DNA of 58,050 nt from contig JBDGUI010000026.1 in the NCBI GenBank assembly GCA_042216015.1, forward strand, positions 1 to 58,050. Reading direction: 5' to 3'. The notes under the pieces were generated by a model. The model saw only the letters and a program-made list of their open reading frames with translations, had not been told where the DNA came from and made no database searches. The position numbers were made by a program, and so were the translations under genes. Shown piece after piece: positions 40,182 through 49,448 of this stretch (position 1 is the first letter of the stretch; every line of letters starts with the position of its first letter). The stretch comes from Halodesulfurarchaeum sp. (lineage in GTDB: Archaea; Halobacteriota; Halobacteria; Halobacteriales; Halobacteriaceae).

Positions 40182-40931
40182 ATGGAAACACTAGCCTGTA
40201 TCAAACGCGTTGCGGACACCGGGGCAGAGATCGTCCTGACCGACGACAAGCAGTCGGTCGACGCCTCCGCCGTGGGCTACACGATGGGCCCACACGAGGA
40301 ATGTGCGATCGAGGAGGCGGTCCAGACCGTCGAGGAGGAGGGCGGCACGTCGACGGTACTGAGTCTCGGCCCCGAGGACGTGGAGGACCAGATTTACGAA
40401 GGAATCGGCCGCGGTGCCGACGAGGGGATCATTCTCGAGACCGACGGCGGGGAGTGGGGCCCCGAATCCACGGCCACCGCCATCGCCGACGCCGTCGAGG
40501 ATCGAGAATTCGATCTCCTCTTCTTCGGCAACGAGTCGGGTGACAATGCGAACTACCAGGTCGGGATTCGCGTCGCCCACCAGCTCGGCCTGCCGGTCGT
40601 GACCGGAATCAAGGACTTCGAGGTGGACGGGGAGACGGCCATCGCCAAACGCGACGTCCCCGGCGGCTCGGAGGTCTTCGAGGTCGACATCCCCGCCGTC
40701 ATCACCGTCAAGGAGGGCCTGAACACGCCGCGCTACCCGTCGATGCGCAGTCGAATGCAGGCCAAGAAGACCGAACTCGAGGTCATCGAACCGAAAGAAA
40801 CCGAGGATGGCCTGCAGATGCAGGAACTCGAAACGCCCGAGGCGGAGGACGAAGAGGCAGAAGTCCTCGGCGAAGGGCCCGAGGCTGTGGACCGTGCCGT
40901 CGAGGTTCTCGAGGAACTGGAGGTGCTCTAG
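40182..40931 (+). CDS. etfB: Electron transfer flavoprotein beta subunit
   Basis: CIKRV, AIEEAV, RGADEG, G..S.D...QVG, NTPRYPS. Confidence 0.92.
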   Translation: METLACIKRVADTGAEIVLTDDKQSVDASAVGYTMGPHEECAIEEAVQTVEEEGGTSTVLSLGPEDVEDQIYEGIGRGADEGIILETDGGEWGPESTATAIADAVEDREFDLLFFGNESGDNANYQVGIRVAHQLGLPVVTGIKDFEVDGETAIAKRDVPGGSEVFEVDIPAVITVKEGLNTPRYPSMRSRMQAKKTELEVIEPKETEDGLQMQELETPEAEDEEAEVLGEGPEAVDRAVEVLEELEVL

Positions 40932-40932
40932 G

Positions 40933-41901
40933 ATGGTGCTGACACTCATCGAGCACGCAGACGGAGAAATCGAGGAGACCTCTCTCGAGATGCTGACCCT
41001 TGCCCGGGACATCGCCGAACAGGTCGATGAGGACGTAGCCGCGGCGATGTTCGGCGGTTCGGACCTCGCCGCGGACCTGGGCGAGTACGGGGTCGACACC
41101 GCGTACGTCTGTGAGGGCGACCTCGCGGAGACGTATGCACCGGAGGCCCGTGCGGAGGCACTCGGCGTCCTGATCGACGACCTGGACCCCGCAGCATTGG
41201 TGGGCGGTGGGACCGAGACCGCAAACGAGGTCTTTGCCCACCTCAGCGCGAAGCAGGACCTCGCGATGTCGGCGAACACGCTCGAGATCGAGGCCGACGG
41301 TGAAACCTGGGAACTCACCCGCCAGCGGTGGGGCGGCAGTTTGCTCGAACATTCGACGATGTCCGGAGAGGCGAAAGTCTTCACGACGCCGGAACACGAA
41401 CTTCCGATCGAGACCGTCGGCGAGGGCGAGGCCACCGTCGAGACGGTCAGTCCGAACGTCGAGGACGCCTCCTTCGAGGTCAAAGTCGACCGAATCGAGG
41501 AATCAGACGTGGAGGGTGTCCCGCTTCCGGAGGCCCGGATCGTCGTCGGTGGCGGCCGCGGGGTCGGCAGCGCCGAGGACTTCGACCAGCTTGAGGAGCT
41601 TGCCGACCTCTTCGATGGCGCGACCGTCGGGGCAAGCCGCATTGCTGTCGACGAGGGCTGGCGGCCCCACGACGACCAGATCGGCCAGACCGGTCAGAAG
41701 ATCTCCCCCGATCTGTACATCGCCGCCGGCATCAGCGGTGCCGTCCAACACTGGGTCGGTGCGAAGGGCGCGGAGAACGTCCTGGCCATCAATATCGACC
41801 CGGAGGCGGCGATCATGTACAAGGGCGATTACGCCATCGTGGGCGACCTCCACGAGGTCGTGCCCGAACTGATCGAGGCCATCAGGGCCGCGAAGGAGTA
41901 G
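40933..41901 (+). CDS. etfA: Electron transfer flavoprotein alpha subunit
   Basis: EARIVVGGGRG, VGASR, QIGQTG, LYIAAGISGAVQH, AINIDPEA. Confidence 0.93.
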   Translation: MVLTLIEHADGEIEETSLEMLTLARDIAEQVDEDVAAAMFGGSDLAADLGEYGVDTAYVCEGDLAETYAPEARAEALGVLIDDLDPAALVGGGTETANEVFAHLSAKQDLAMSANTLEIEADGETWELTRQRWGGSLLEHSTMSGEAKVFTTPEHELPIETVGEGEATVETVSPNVEDASFEVKVDRIEESDVEGVPLPEARIVVGGGRGVGSAEDFDQLEELADLFDGATVGASRIAVDEGWRPHDDQIGQTGQKISPDLYIAAGISGAVQHWVGAKGAENVLAINIDPEAAIMYKGDYAIVGDLHEVVPELIEAIRAAKE

Positions 41902-42087
41902 GGACCCACCGAGGCCCCGACGGAGTACCGATTCGTCGAGGCCTCGATGACGGGGCGACAGTACCTCGGGATTTTCCCAACATTTTCTCTCGAAACGGAT
42001 CGACGGTCGAGGACCACAGAGACACCTCGTTCAGTCCCAAAGCACTTGCTCCGGGGCACTCGACGAAAACTTGAGAAGTCGCGAACC

Positions 42088-42963
42088 CTACGGCAGCTCG
42101 ACGTCGACGTCTTCCTGTAATGCTGCGGCCTTTGCCGTGTTGTAGAGGAGCATCGTGATCGTCATCGGGCCGACACCACCCGGAACCGGGCTAATGGCGT
42201 CAACGACATCCTTGGCGGACTCGAAGTCCACGTCACCGACCAGTTCGTCGTCGACGCGGTTCGTGCCGACGTCGATGACCGTCTGGCCCTCCGAGAGCAT
42301 CGACCCGTCGATCATCTCGGGGACGCCAGCAGCCGCGATAACGATGTCGGCGTTCCTGGTCTTCTCGGCCAGGTTCTCCGTCCGGGAGTGACAGACGGTG
42401 ACCGTCGCATTGCCGGTATCGGTCTTCTGCATGAGCAGGTTCGCGACCGGCTTGCCGACGATGTTCGACCGACCGACGACGGTAACGTCTTTGCCTTCGG
42501 TATCGACGCCAGCGTCTTCGATCATCTTGAGAACGCCGTGTGGCGTGGCGGGCTTGAAGCGGGCGTTACCCGAGACCATCAACCCCACGTTCGTCGGGTG
42601 GAAACCGTCGACGTCCTTGATCGGATCGATCTGCTGGAGGACCTGGCTCTCGTCGACCTGATCGGGAACGGGCAACTGGACGAGGATGCCGTGAACCTCG
42701 GGATTCGCGTTCAGTTCGTCGATGGTGTCATAGAGTTCCTCGGCTGGCGCATCGGGATCGATTTCGACGTGGAAACTCTCCATGCCGATCTCCTCACAGG
42801 CCTTCTGTTTCATCGAGACGTAGGTCTCACTCGCCGGATCGTCGCTCATCAGGACGGTGGCGAGACCGGGAGTGACGCCCTCGTCTTCGAGGGTCTGGAC
42901 GCTGTCTTCGAGGTCTGTCCGAATCGAGTCCGCGAGTTCGTTGCCGTCGATAATGTAGGTCAT
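42088..42963 (-). CDS. folD: Methylene-THF dehydrogenase/cyclohydrolase
   Basis: PGLATVL, YVSMK, GILVQLP, KDVDGFHP, GRSNIVGKP, VTVCHS, PVPGGVGPMT. Confidence 0.96.
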   Translation of the reverse strand: MTYIIDGNELADSIRTDLEDSVQTLEDEGVTPGLATVLMSDDPASETYVSMKQKACEEIGMESFHVEIDPDAPAEELYDTIDELNANPEVHGILVQLPVPDQVDESQVLQQIDPIKDVDGFHPTNVGLMVSGNARFKPATPHGVLKMIEDAGVDTEGKDVTVVGRSNIVGKPVANLLMQKTDTGNATVTVCHSRTENLAEKTRNADIVIAAAGVPEMIDGSMLSEGQTVIDVGTNRVDDELVGDVDFESAKDVVDAISPVPGGVGPMTITMLLYNTAKAAALQEDVDVELP

Positions 42964-43115
42964 TGGTCGATCGAACACGGAGTCCGTGCCGTCTGTATAC
43001 TACCCGGGAGGCCACCTTGAGGTTTTCTAGACCGACTCGTCGCCCGCTTCTAAATACCCCTCAAACTTCGGCTTGGCAAAGAGTGAAACCCCCCACCCGG
43101 CTAGGGTGGGCACAC

Positions 43116-43952
43116 ATGACACGGGAGGGCGTCCGCGAACTGCTGGCCGATCCGCACTACGAACTGCTCCCCTTCTCGGGGCTGTACGAGGAGGCCGAAC
43201 AGCTTCCGGAGGGGTCGACGGTCGCGTTGACCGCCTCGCCGGAGAAGGGCGTCGAGGAGACGGTCGACCGGTCGATCGAACTCCGGGAGATGGGATTCGA
43301 GGTCTCGACACACGTGGCCGCCCGCGCCGTTCGCAGTCGGGACCACCTCGCGGAGCTCACCGACCGACTGAAGGAGGCTGGAATCGAGGATATCTTCGTC
43401 CCGGGTGGGGACAACGAGGAGCCCGAGGGGCCCTATGACTCCTCGTATGCCCTGCTCACCGATCTCGAGGAGGAGATCGGGACCGAGTTCGAACGAGTGG
43501 GCATCACCGGCTATCCGGAAGGTCACCAGTTCATCGAGGACGACACGCTCCGAGAGCACCTCGTGAAGAAGGAGCCATACGCCGATTACATCGTCACCCA
43601 GATGACCTTCGACCCCGACGCGGTCGCGGCATGGGCGAGCGAGATCCGCGAGGAGGCGGAGGTTAGCCTCCCCATCATCGTCGGCGTGCCGGGGGTCATG
43701 AAGTACCAGCGCCTGTTGAGCATCTCCCGGGAGATCGGGGTCGGGGATTCGCTGTCTTATCTCCGCAAGACGACCGGGATCATCGACTTCCTCAAGCAGT
43801 TCCTCGGGTCCCGTGGCCAGTACGCTCCGGACGATTTCATCGAGGGGATCGGGAAGCACTATGCGAGTGGCGACTACGGCATCGAGGCCGTGCATCTCTA
43901 CACCTTCAACCAGGCAGGCGACACCGAGGCCTGGCGTCAGCAGTACGTCTGA
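43116..43952 (+). CDS. metF: Methylenetetrahydrofolate reductase
   Basis: YELLP, HVAAR, FVPGGD, GYPEGH, IVTQMTFD, HLYTFN. Confidence 0.87.
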   Translation: MTREGVRELLADPHYELLPFSGLYEEAEQLPEGSTVALTASPEKGVEETVDRSIELREMGFEVSTHVAARAVRSRDHLAELTDRLKEAGIEDIFVPGGDNEEPEGPYDSSYALLTDLEEEIGTEFERVGITGYPEGHQFIEDDTLREHLVKKEPYADYIVTQMTFDPDAVAAWASEIREEAEVSLPIIVGVPGVMKYQRLLSISREIGVGDSLSYLRKTTGIIDFLKQFLGSRGQYAPDDFIEGIGKHYASGDYGIEAVHLYTFNQAGDTEAWRQQYV

Positions 43953-44055
43953 TTCGGGCCAGAACCCCAGCATCCGGTAAGAATTGCAGGCTGACGGCCT
44001 GAACCCCGCGCGGAATTGAGAAGAATTAACTTGACTCGTTATCGAATTTTGCACG

Positions 44056-44964
44056 ATGTTCACCTTCGAGGCGGAGCAAGACGTATACGACGTCAGTGGC
44101 ACGAAAATCGGTGGGCAACCCGGGGAGACGCCCACGCTCATGGTCGGCAGCATCTTCTACAAGGGGGACTCCGTGCAGGAGGACCCGAAGACGGGCGAGT
44201 TCGACGAGGAAGCCGCCCTGGAGGCCATCGAAACGGTCGAAGAGGTCTCCGAGCAGACCGGCAACCCGCCCGCCTTCGACACGATCGGTGACTCTCCCGA
44301 GGCCCTCAAAAAGCACATCGAGTTCATGGCCGACGCCACGGACGCCCCGATCTTCATGGACGGACCGACCCCGTCGATCCGATCCGAGGCCGCGAAGTTC
44401 GCCGGCGAGATCGGCATCGAGGACCAGATCATCTACAACTCCATCGAGTCGAGCACGAAGGAGGTCGACAAGGAGATCGAGGCGATCCAGGAGTCCGGAA
44501 TCAACTCGGCGGTCCTGCTCTCGATCGACACGACGGACATGTCCATCGACGGTCGACGGGGCGCCCTCGACGCCAACCTCGAGGTCGCCGAGGAGGCCGG
44601 CATCGAGCAGCCGATCGTCGACCCCGGCATCATCGACATCCCGGACTCGGGGTACGTCGCGAAGATCATCCACGAGCTGAAAGACGAGTACGGCATCCCG
44701 ATGGGCTGTGCACCGCACAACGAGGTCATCCAGTGGGAGATGAACGACCCGCTCACGGAAAACTCCCGACAGCTCCGCCAGGCCGTCGCGAACTCGGTCA
44801 TCTCGATCCTCGGCGCGGACTTCAACATCTATGGCCCGGTCCACGGCGCTCCCGAGATGTACGAGGTCATGTCCACCGCCGACGCCTACGTCGCCTACGG
44901 CGCCCAGATGGGCGAAGGCCGGCGAGCAGATCCGGACCACCCGCTCTTCAAGATCTTCCGGTAA
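44056..44964 (+). CDS. MtrH-family methyltransferase, probably methyl-corrinoid:THF methyltransferase (MtgA-like)
   Basis: MFTFEAEQ...IGGQPGETPT.MVGSIFY, IYNSI, GCAPHN, GADF..YGP; no other mtr genes in the window. Confidence 0.88.
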   Translation: MFTFEAEQDVYDVSGTKIGGQPGETPTLMVGSIFYKGDSVQEDPKTGEFDEEAALEAIETVEEVSEQTGNPPAFDTIGDSPEALKKHIEFMADATDAPIFMDGPTPSIRSEAAKFAGEIGIEDQIIYNSIESSTKEVDKEIEAIQESGINSAVLLSIDTTDMSIDGRRGALDANLEVAEEAGIEQPIVDPGIIDIPDSGYVAKIIHELKDEYGIPMGCAPHNEVIQWEMNDPLTENSRQLRQAVANSVISILGADFNIYGPVHGAPEMYEVMSTADAYVAYGAQMGEGRRADPDHPLFKIFR

Positions 44965-45201
44965 CTGACCGGCAACCCTCCTCGAAACTGACCGGTGGCC
45001 ACGTTCGAAACCGACTGATATCTACTTTCGAAACAGACCGAGAGCCGCGTCAGTAATTGTGGCCGCGTGCGGATCGACGTCTGTTCGCAGAAAAAACCCA
45101 CAGCGGTCACCGCCCCGTGACGGTACGAGTGTCGAACCGTTTGCCCGCTTTCAGCACTCTCCTGGAGGAATCTCAGCGAACCAGGGTTCGCCCTCCGCGT
45201 C

Positions 45202-47154
45202 TCAGTCCTGGTTTTCCTTCGCCTCGAGCCTCGCGGCCTCGAGCGCTCGACTCCGTGTTACCCGCTCTTTAACGTGGGGATAGAGGTCGAAGTCCTGGTG
45301 GGGGAGATACATCGACTCCATGAAGTTCTCCTGGAAGACGTCGGTGCCCGCGATCTCGAAGTACTCGACCTCCTCGACGATCCGTTCGGCCTCTGCTCGG
45401 CGCTCCCTGTCGAGGAGGGCGAGTTTCGCCCCCACGCCGGCCGCGTTCCCGAGTGAGACCACGTCGTCGGGGTCGATGTCCGGATACATGCCGATGGTCA
45501 TCGCCGAGATCTTGTCGATGTAGTTGCCAAAGGCCCCGGCCATGAGCACGCGGTCCGGGGTGTCGATGTCGAGTTCGCCCATGAGCACGCGCGTGCCGGC
45601 CTGGATGGCAGCCTTGGCCATCTGGATCGAGCGGATGTCGTTCTGGGTGAGGACGATGTCCTCCGCGAGGGCGGCCTCCGCCTCTGGGGCGACGACGTAC
45701 TCGAGTTCCCCGTCGTCGTTCTCTCGAACCCGTGGATGGTCGAGCACCTCGTCGCGGAACTTCCCGCGCTGGTCGACGATCCCGACCTCGAACAGCTGGG
45801 CCAGCGCGTCGATCACGCCCGAACCCGTGATGCCGTTCGGCGGCTCGTCCTCGATGGTTTCGTACTCGGGGAGCAGGGTCTCCGGATCGATTCGCAGCGT
45901 CTCGATCGCCCCGGCCTGTGCGCGGACGCCGTATCGCAGTTCGGCTCCCTCGAGTGCCGGGCCCGCCGGGGCGGAGGTGACGAGCATCTTCTCCTCGTTG
46001 CCCACCGAGATCTCGCCGTTCGTCCCGATGTCGATGCAGACGGTCGTTTCGGGTTCCTTGTAGTGGCCGGCGACGAGGAGTACCGACACCTTGTCCGGTC
46101 CAACCCACCCGCCGCTCACGGGCAACCAGTAGACGTAGCCCGACTCGTTGATGTCGATGCCGAGTTCGCGAGCCTTGACCTGGATCGGGGCCTCCCTGGC
46201 GGCCACGTAGGGGGAGCCGGCGACGTAGGCCGGGTCGATGCCCAAAAAGAGGTGATGCATCGCCGTGTTGCCCACGAAGACGCTCTCGTAGATGTGTCTC
46301 CGGTCGATGCCCGCCTCGGTGACGACCTCCTCGATGGTCTCGTTGATCCCCTTCCGGATCTCCTCCTTGAGTTCCTCCCGACCGTCCTCGTTCCGGCGGG
46401 TGTACCGCATCCGGGTCATGATGTCCCCGCCCTGCTTGGTCTGCGGATTGAGTCGGGAGCTGATCGCCTCGGTTTCCCCGCTCTTCAGGTTCACCAGGTA
46501 GGTCGCGACGGTCGTCGTCCCGACGTCGATGGCCAGGCCGTAGGCGGTCTCCTCGAGCCCCGGCTCGACGTCGATGAGTTCCCGATCGTCATAGACGGTG
46601 GCGGTCGCCTCGAGGCGGTCCGCGACCTCCCGTTCGCGCACCCGGTTCGGGAGCTCCCGCTGGGCCTCGTAATCCACGCTCTCGAGTTCGAGGTCGTAGG
46701 TCTCCTCGAGGGCCTCCCCGATCCGCTCGAAGTCCGCGAGGTTGTCCGAGAGCGAGGGAAGCGGCAGCTCCACGTGGTACTTCTTGATGACCGGGTCGAT
46801 GGTGTACTCGAGTTCGTGGCCCTCCGTGAGCACGATCCCGGCGGTCTTCTGGGAGTCCGGGGGGACGGTCACGTCGACGGAGCCGGACTCGGCCATGGTC
46901 GCCCGACAGGTCAGTCGATAGCCGTTCTCGAGCTGTTCCGTGGAGAGTGTCTGCTCCTCGGCCGTGGTGACCGGGCTGAGGTGTTCCTCGCCGTCGTCGA
47001 TGATCGCCTTGCAGGTCCCACACCTGCCGTTGCCGGCACAGAGCCCCTCGATGCTCACCCCCGCGTCCGCCGCGGCGTCGAGAAGGGTCGTCTCCGCGTC
47101 GACGTCTATCGTCTTCTTCCAGGGGTAGAACGTAACCTGCGACTCCTCGGACAT
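45202..47154 (-). CDS. ASKHA-domain ATP-dependent reductive activator of corrinoid enzymes (RACE type) with N-terminal [2Fe-2S] domain
   Basis: CAGNGRCGTC...RLTC ferredoxin; AIDVGTTT, NPQ...GDIMTR, GNTAMHHL, DIGTNGEI, AGPALEG, AGAFG, GNAAG. Confidence 0.92.
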   Translation of the reverse strand: MSEESQVTFYPWKKTIDVDAETTLLDAAADAGVSIEGLCAGNGRCGTCKAIIDDGEEHLSPVTTAEEQTLSTEQLENGYRLTCRATMAESGSVDVTVPPDSQKTAGIVLTEGHELEYTIDPVIKKYHVELPLPSLSDNLADFERIGEALEETYDLELESVDYEAQRELPNRVREREVADRLEATATVYDDRELIDVEPGLEETAYGLAIDVGTTTVATYLVNLKSGETEAISSRLNPQTKQGGDIMTRMRYTRRNEDGREELKEEIRKGINETIEEVVTEAGIDRRHIYESVFVGNTAMHHLFLGIDPAYVAGSPYVAAREAPIQVKARELGIDINESGYVYWLPVSGGWVGPDKVSVLLVAGHYKEPETTVCIDIGTNGEISVGNEEKMLVTSAPAGPALEGAELRYGVRAQAGAIETLRIDPETLLPEYETIEDEPPNGITGSGVIDALAQLFEVGIVDQRGKFRDEVLDHPRVRENDDGELEYVVAPEAEAALAEDIVLTQNDIRSIQMAKAAIQAGTRVLMGELDIDTPDRVLMAGAFGNYIDKISAMTIGMYPDIDPDDVVSLGNAAGVGAKLALLDRERRAEAERIVEEVEYFEIAGTDVFQENFMESMYLPHQDFDLYPHVKERVTRSRALEAARLEAKENQD

Positions 47155-47310
47155 GTGTATGCCCGTCGTACACGATGACCATACAAAAGGTGATTGAAGG
47201 GAGTCGTTTTGGCCCGTACCAGGACGTTCCCAGACCCGGCTCGAGAACGTCCGCTCGCCGTCGAGTGCCCGATATGAACGTTGAAGGGGGATGCCAGTCG
47301 ATCCTTGGCC

Positions 47311-48267
47311 ATGACCGACCGCACCCCCACGCACACCGTCGAATCGGTGCCGCTTGCCCGATTGCCCTCGGGGCGCACCGTCGAGACGCTCCTCCACCGC
47401 TACAGGGGCGACGAACCCGGCCCGACCATCTACCTCCAGGCCCTCCAGCACGGCGGCGAGGTGAACGGTGCGGCCGTGCTCAGACGGCTCCACGACCGGC
47501 TCGCAGGCCGTCCACTCGCGGGGGAGGTGCTCGCGGTTCCGGTCGCCAATCCCTTCGCCTTCGATCACCGCGTCTACATGGCTCCCACGCGGCTCGACGC
47601 AGTCAACTCGAACATGAATCGGCTCTGGCCGGGCGATCCGGACGGCACGGTCATGGAACGGCTCGTGGACGGCCTCTGGGAACGGGCGAGTGGCGCCGAC
47701 GCCATCGTCGATCTGCACACTGGCGGCCCGTACATGCGCTCCCACACCCGATTCACCCCGGAGGAGACCCGGTCTCGGGACCTGGCCGAAGCCTTCGGCG
47801 TGGATCTGCTGCTCGCGGATGGCTCGAGTGTCGACGCGGAAACCGGCGAACAGGGCAAGCTCCGGGAGGTCGCCGCCGCTGCGGCGATTCCGGCGATCAC
47901 GCCGGAACTCGCCCACAGCCGCGAGATCGTAGAGTCCGCCGTCGAGACCGGGGTCGCGGGCATCGAGAACGTCCTCGCCGAACTCGGCGTCCTCGACGTC
48001 GCGGTGGAGCCACATTCTCCAACGGTCGGGCGGGAGAAGACGCCCCTCTTCGCGGAGGAGTCGGGCCTGTTTCGGTCGGCCGCCGTCAACGTCGGCGACC
48101 GACTCGAAGCGGGGACCGAAATCGGGGAGGTCTTCGACCCGACCAGCTACGAGCGCCTTCAGACCGTCACCGCCGAGCGGGACGGACTGTTGCTCTCGCT
48201 CAAGCGCGGGTCGACGGTGATGGAGGGGGAATCGGTCGGGAGCCTGATCACCGTCGAGGAGGAGTGA
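47311..48267 (+). CDS. Succinylglutamate desuccinylase/aspartoacylase-family (M14) amidohydrolase
   Basis: QHGGEVNG, NMNRLWPG, DLHTG, ITPEL; C-terminal biotinyl-like segment. Confidence 0.85.
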   Translation: MTDRTPTHTVESVPLARLPSGRTVETLLHRYRGDEPGPTIYLQALQHGGEVNGAAVLRRLHDRLAGRPLAGEVLAVPVANPFAFDHRVYMAPTRLDAVNSNMNRLWPGDPDGTVMERLVDGLWERASGADAIVDLHTGGPYMRSHTRFTPEETRSRDLAEAFGVDLLLADGSSVDAETGEQGKLREVAAAAAIPAITPELAHSREIVESAVETGVAGIENVLAELGVLDVAVEPHSPTVGREKTPLFAEESGLFRSAAVNVGDRLEAGTEIGEVFDPTSYERLQTVTAERDGLLLSLKRGSTVMEGESVGSLITVEEE

Positions 48268-48321
48268 TCGGCACGGATCGACTGTCGGGGGGCTTATTGG
48301 CTCCCACGCGGTAGCAGGCCC

Positions 48322-49050
48322 ATGGAGTACGTCACGGAGCTGGGCCTCGATTCGGGCCTGACCGCCGTCGTCGGCGCCGGCGGCAAGAAAAGCACGCTCT
48401 ATACCGTCGGGAACGCACTCGACCGGGGCGTGGTCACGACGGCCGTGCACATTCCCCGCTTCGACGAGCACGTCGCGGAACTGCACGAGACGACGGACCC
48501 AGTCTCGACCCTGGAGGCAGTCGAGAGGTGGCCGGTCGGGTTGGTTCCAGGCTTCGAGGAGGCACGCTATCTGGGCTACGAACTCGAGACGATCGAGGAA
48601 ATCGCGGCGAGCCCGATCCCGGAGGCCGTGCTGGTCAAGGCCGACGGAGCGCGAAACCGGGAGTTCAAAGCCCCGGGCGAGGACGAGCCCCGGATCCCCC
48701 CGGGTGCCGACCGCGTGCTTGGGGTGGTTAGCACTCACGTCGTGGGAAAGCCCCTGACCGAGGAGTACGTCCACCGCCCGGAACGGGTCACCGCGCTCAC
48801 CGGAGTGAAACGTGGCGAGACGATCGGGGTCGAGGACGTGGCGGCGGTCCTCTCCCATCCCGAGGGGACCGAAAAGCACGTCCCGGGTTCCGCCGAGTAC
48901 GTTCCGGTGCTCAACAAGGTCGACGACGAGAACGACCGGGGGACTGCCCGGGCGATTGCCGACCGCGTTCTGGAATCGAGTCGGGCCGAGCGGGTGGCGC
49001 TCGCTCGCCTCATCGACCCCGAGGAGCCGCTCGTCGAGGTCCGCGAGTGA
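48322..49050 (+). CDS. yqeC: YqeC-family molybdoenzyme/selenium cofactor accessory protein
   Basis: VVGAGGKKS, VKADGAR...FKAP...EP.IP, VHRPE, LNKVD. Confidence 0.8.
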   Translation: MEYVTELGLDSGLTAVVGAGGKKSTLYTVGNALDRGVVTTAVHIPRFDEHVAELHETTDPVSTLEAVERWPVGLVPGFEEARYLGYELETIEEIAASPIPEAVLVKADGARNREFKAPGEDEPRIPPGADRVLGVVSTHVVGKPLTEEYVHRPERVTALTGVKRGETIGVEDVAAVLSHPEGTEKHVPGSAEYVPVLNKVDDENDRGTARAIADRVLESSRAERVALARLIDPEEPLVEVRE

Positions 49051-49051
49051 T

Positions 49052-49408
49052 TCACTCGCTCTCGTCTGCAGCCGGCACGATCCGTTCTGTCTCCGGGTCG
49101 ACCTCGGCGTCCGAAAGGTGGCCCGTCCGTCGCCACGCGTAGAAGAAATACCCGAGGAACCCGCCGATCCCCACGAATATGAGTACCAGATAGCGGGTCT
49201 TCCCCCACTCGAGGCCGATCTCTCGCAACTCGACGATGTCGCGGGTGGCGTAGTAGACCGCGATGACGCCGATGATTCGGAAGGTGATGAATTCGCCACC
49301 GAACAGCAGGATGAGCACGTCGACGATCGCATAGAGGATGGCCACGACCATTCCCCGGCGATAGAACGTGTTGTCGACGAGGTCGACGGCTTCCGGGACG
49401 TCGCTCAT
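49052..49408 (-). CDS. Small membrane protein of unknown function
   Basis: 118 aa with about three hydrophobic segments, downstream of the Fdh gene on the same strand. Confidence 0.6.
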   Translation of the reverse strand: MSDVPEAVDLVDNTFYRRGMVVAILYAIVDVLILLFGGEFITFRIIGVIAVYYATRDIVELREIGLEWGKTRYLVLIFVGIGGFLGYFFYAWRRTGHLSDAEVDPETERIVPAADESE

Positions 49409-49448
49409 GCCACCCGATTGGGGGAGGGATGTAGTAAACCTGTGGGGC

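Noticed and set aside
43092..43110. 7-bp hairpin CCCACCC/GGGTGGG just before metF as a riboswitch
   Set aside because: Too short and common in GC-rich DNA; no aptamer features
35027..44040. Shared 10-mer TTGACTCGTT at 35027-35036 and 44031-44040 near the corrinoid-protein and MtgA-like genes
   Set aside because: Only two copies, in opposite orientation relative to their genes and at different distances; could be chance
44056..44964. Methanogenesis or acetogenesis potential
   Set aside because: No mcr, mtrA-G or CODH/ACS genes in the window; the context fits THF-linked methyl oxidation
45202..49332. 1376-aa ORF as a giant fusion protein
   Set aside because: Only the part from ATG 47154 has RACE motifs; the N-terminal extension is the antisense shadow of the genes at 47311-49050
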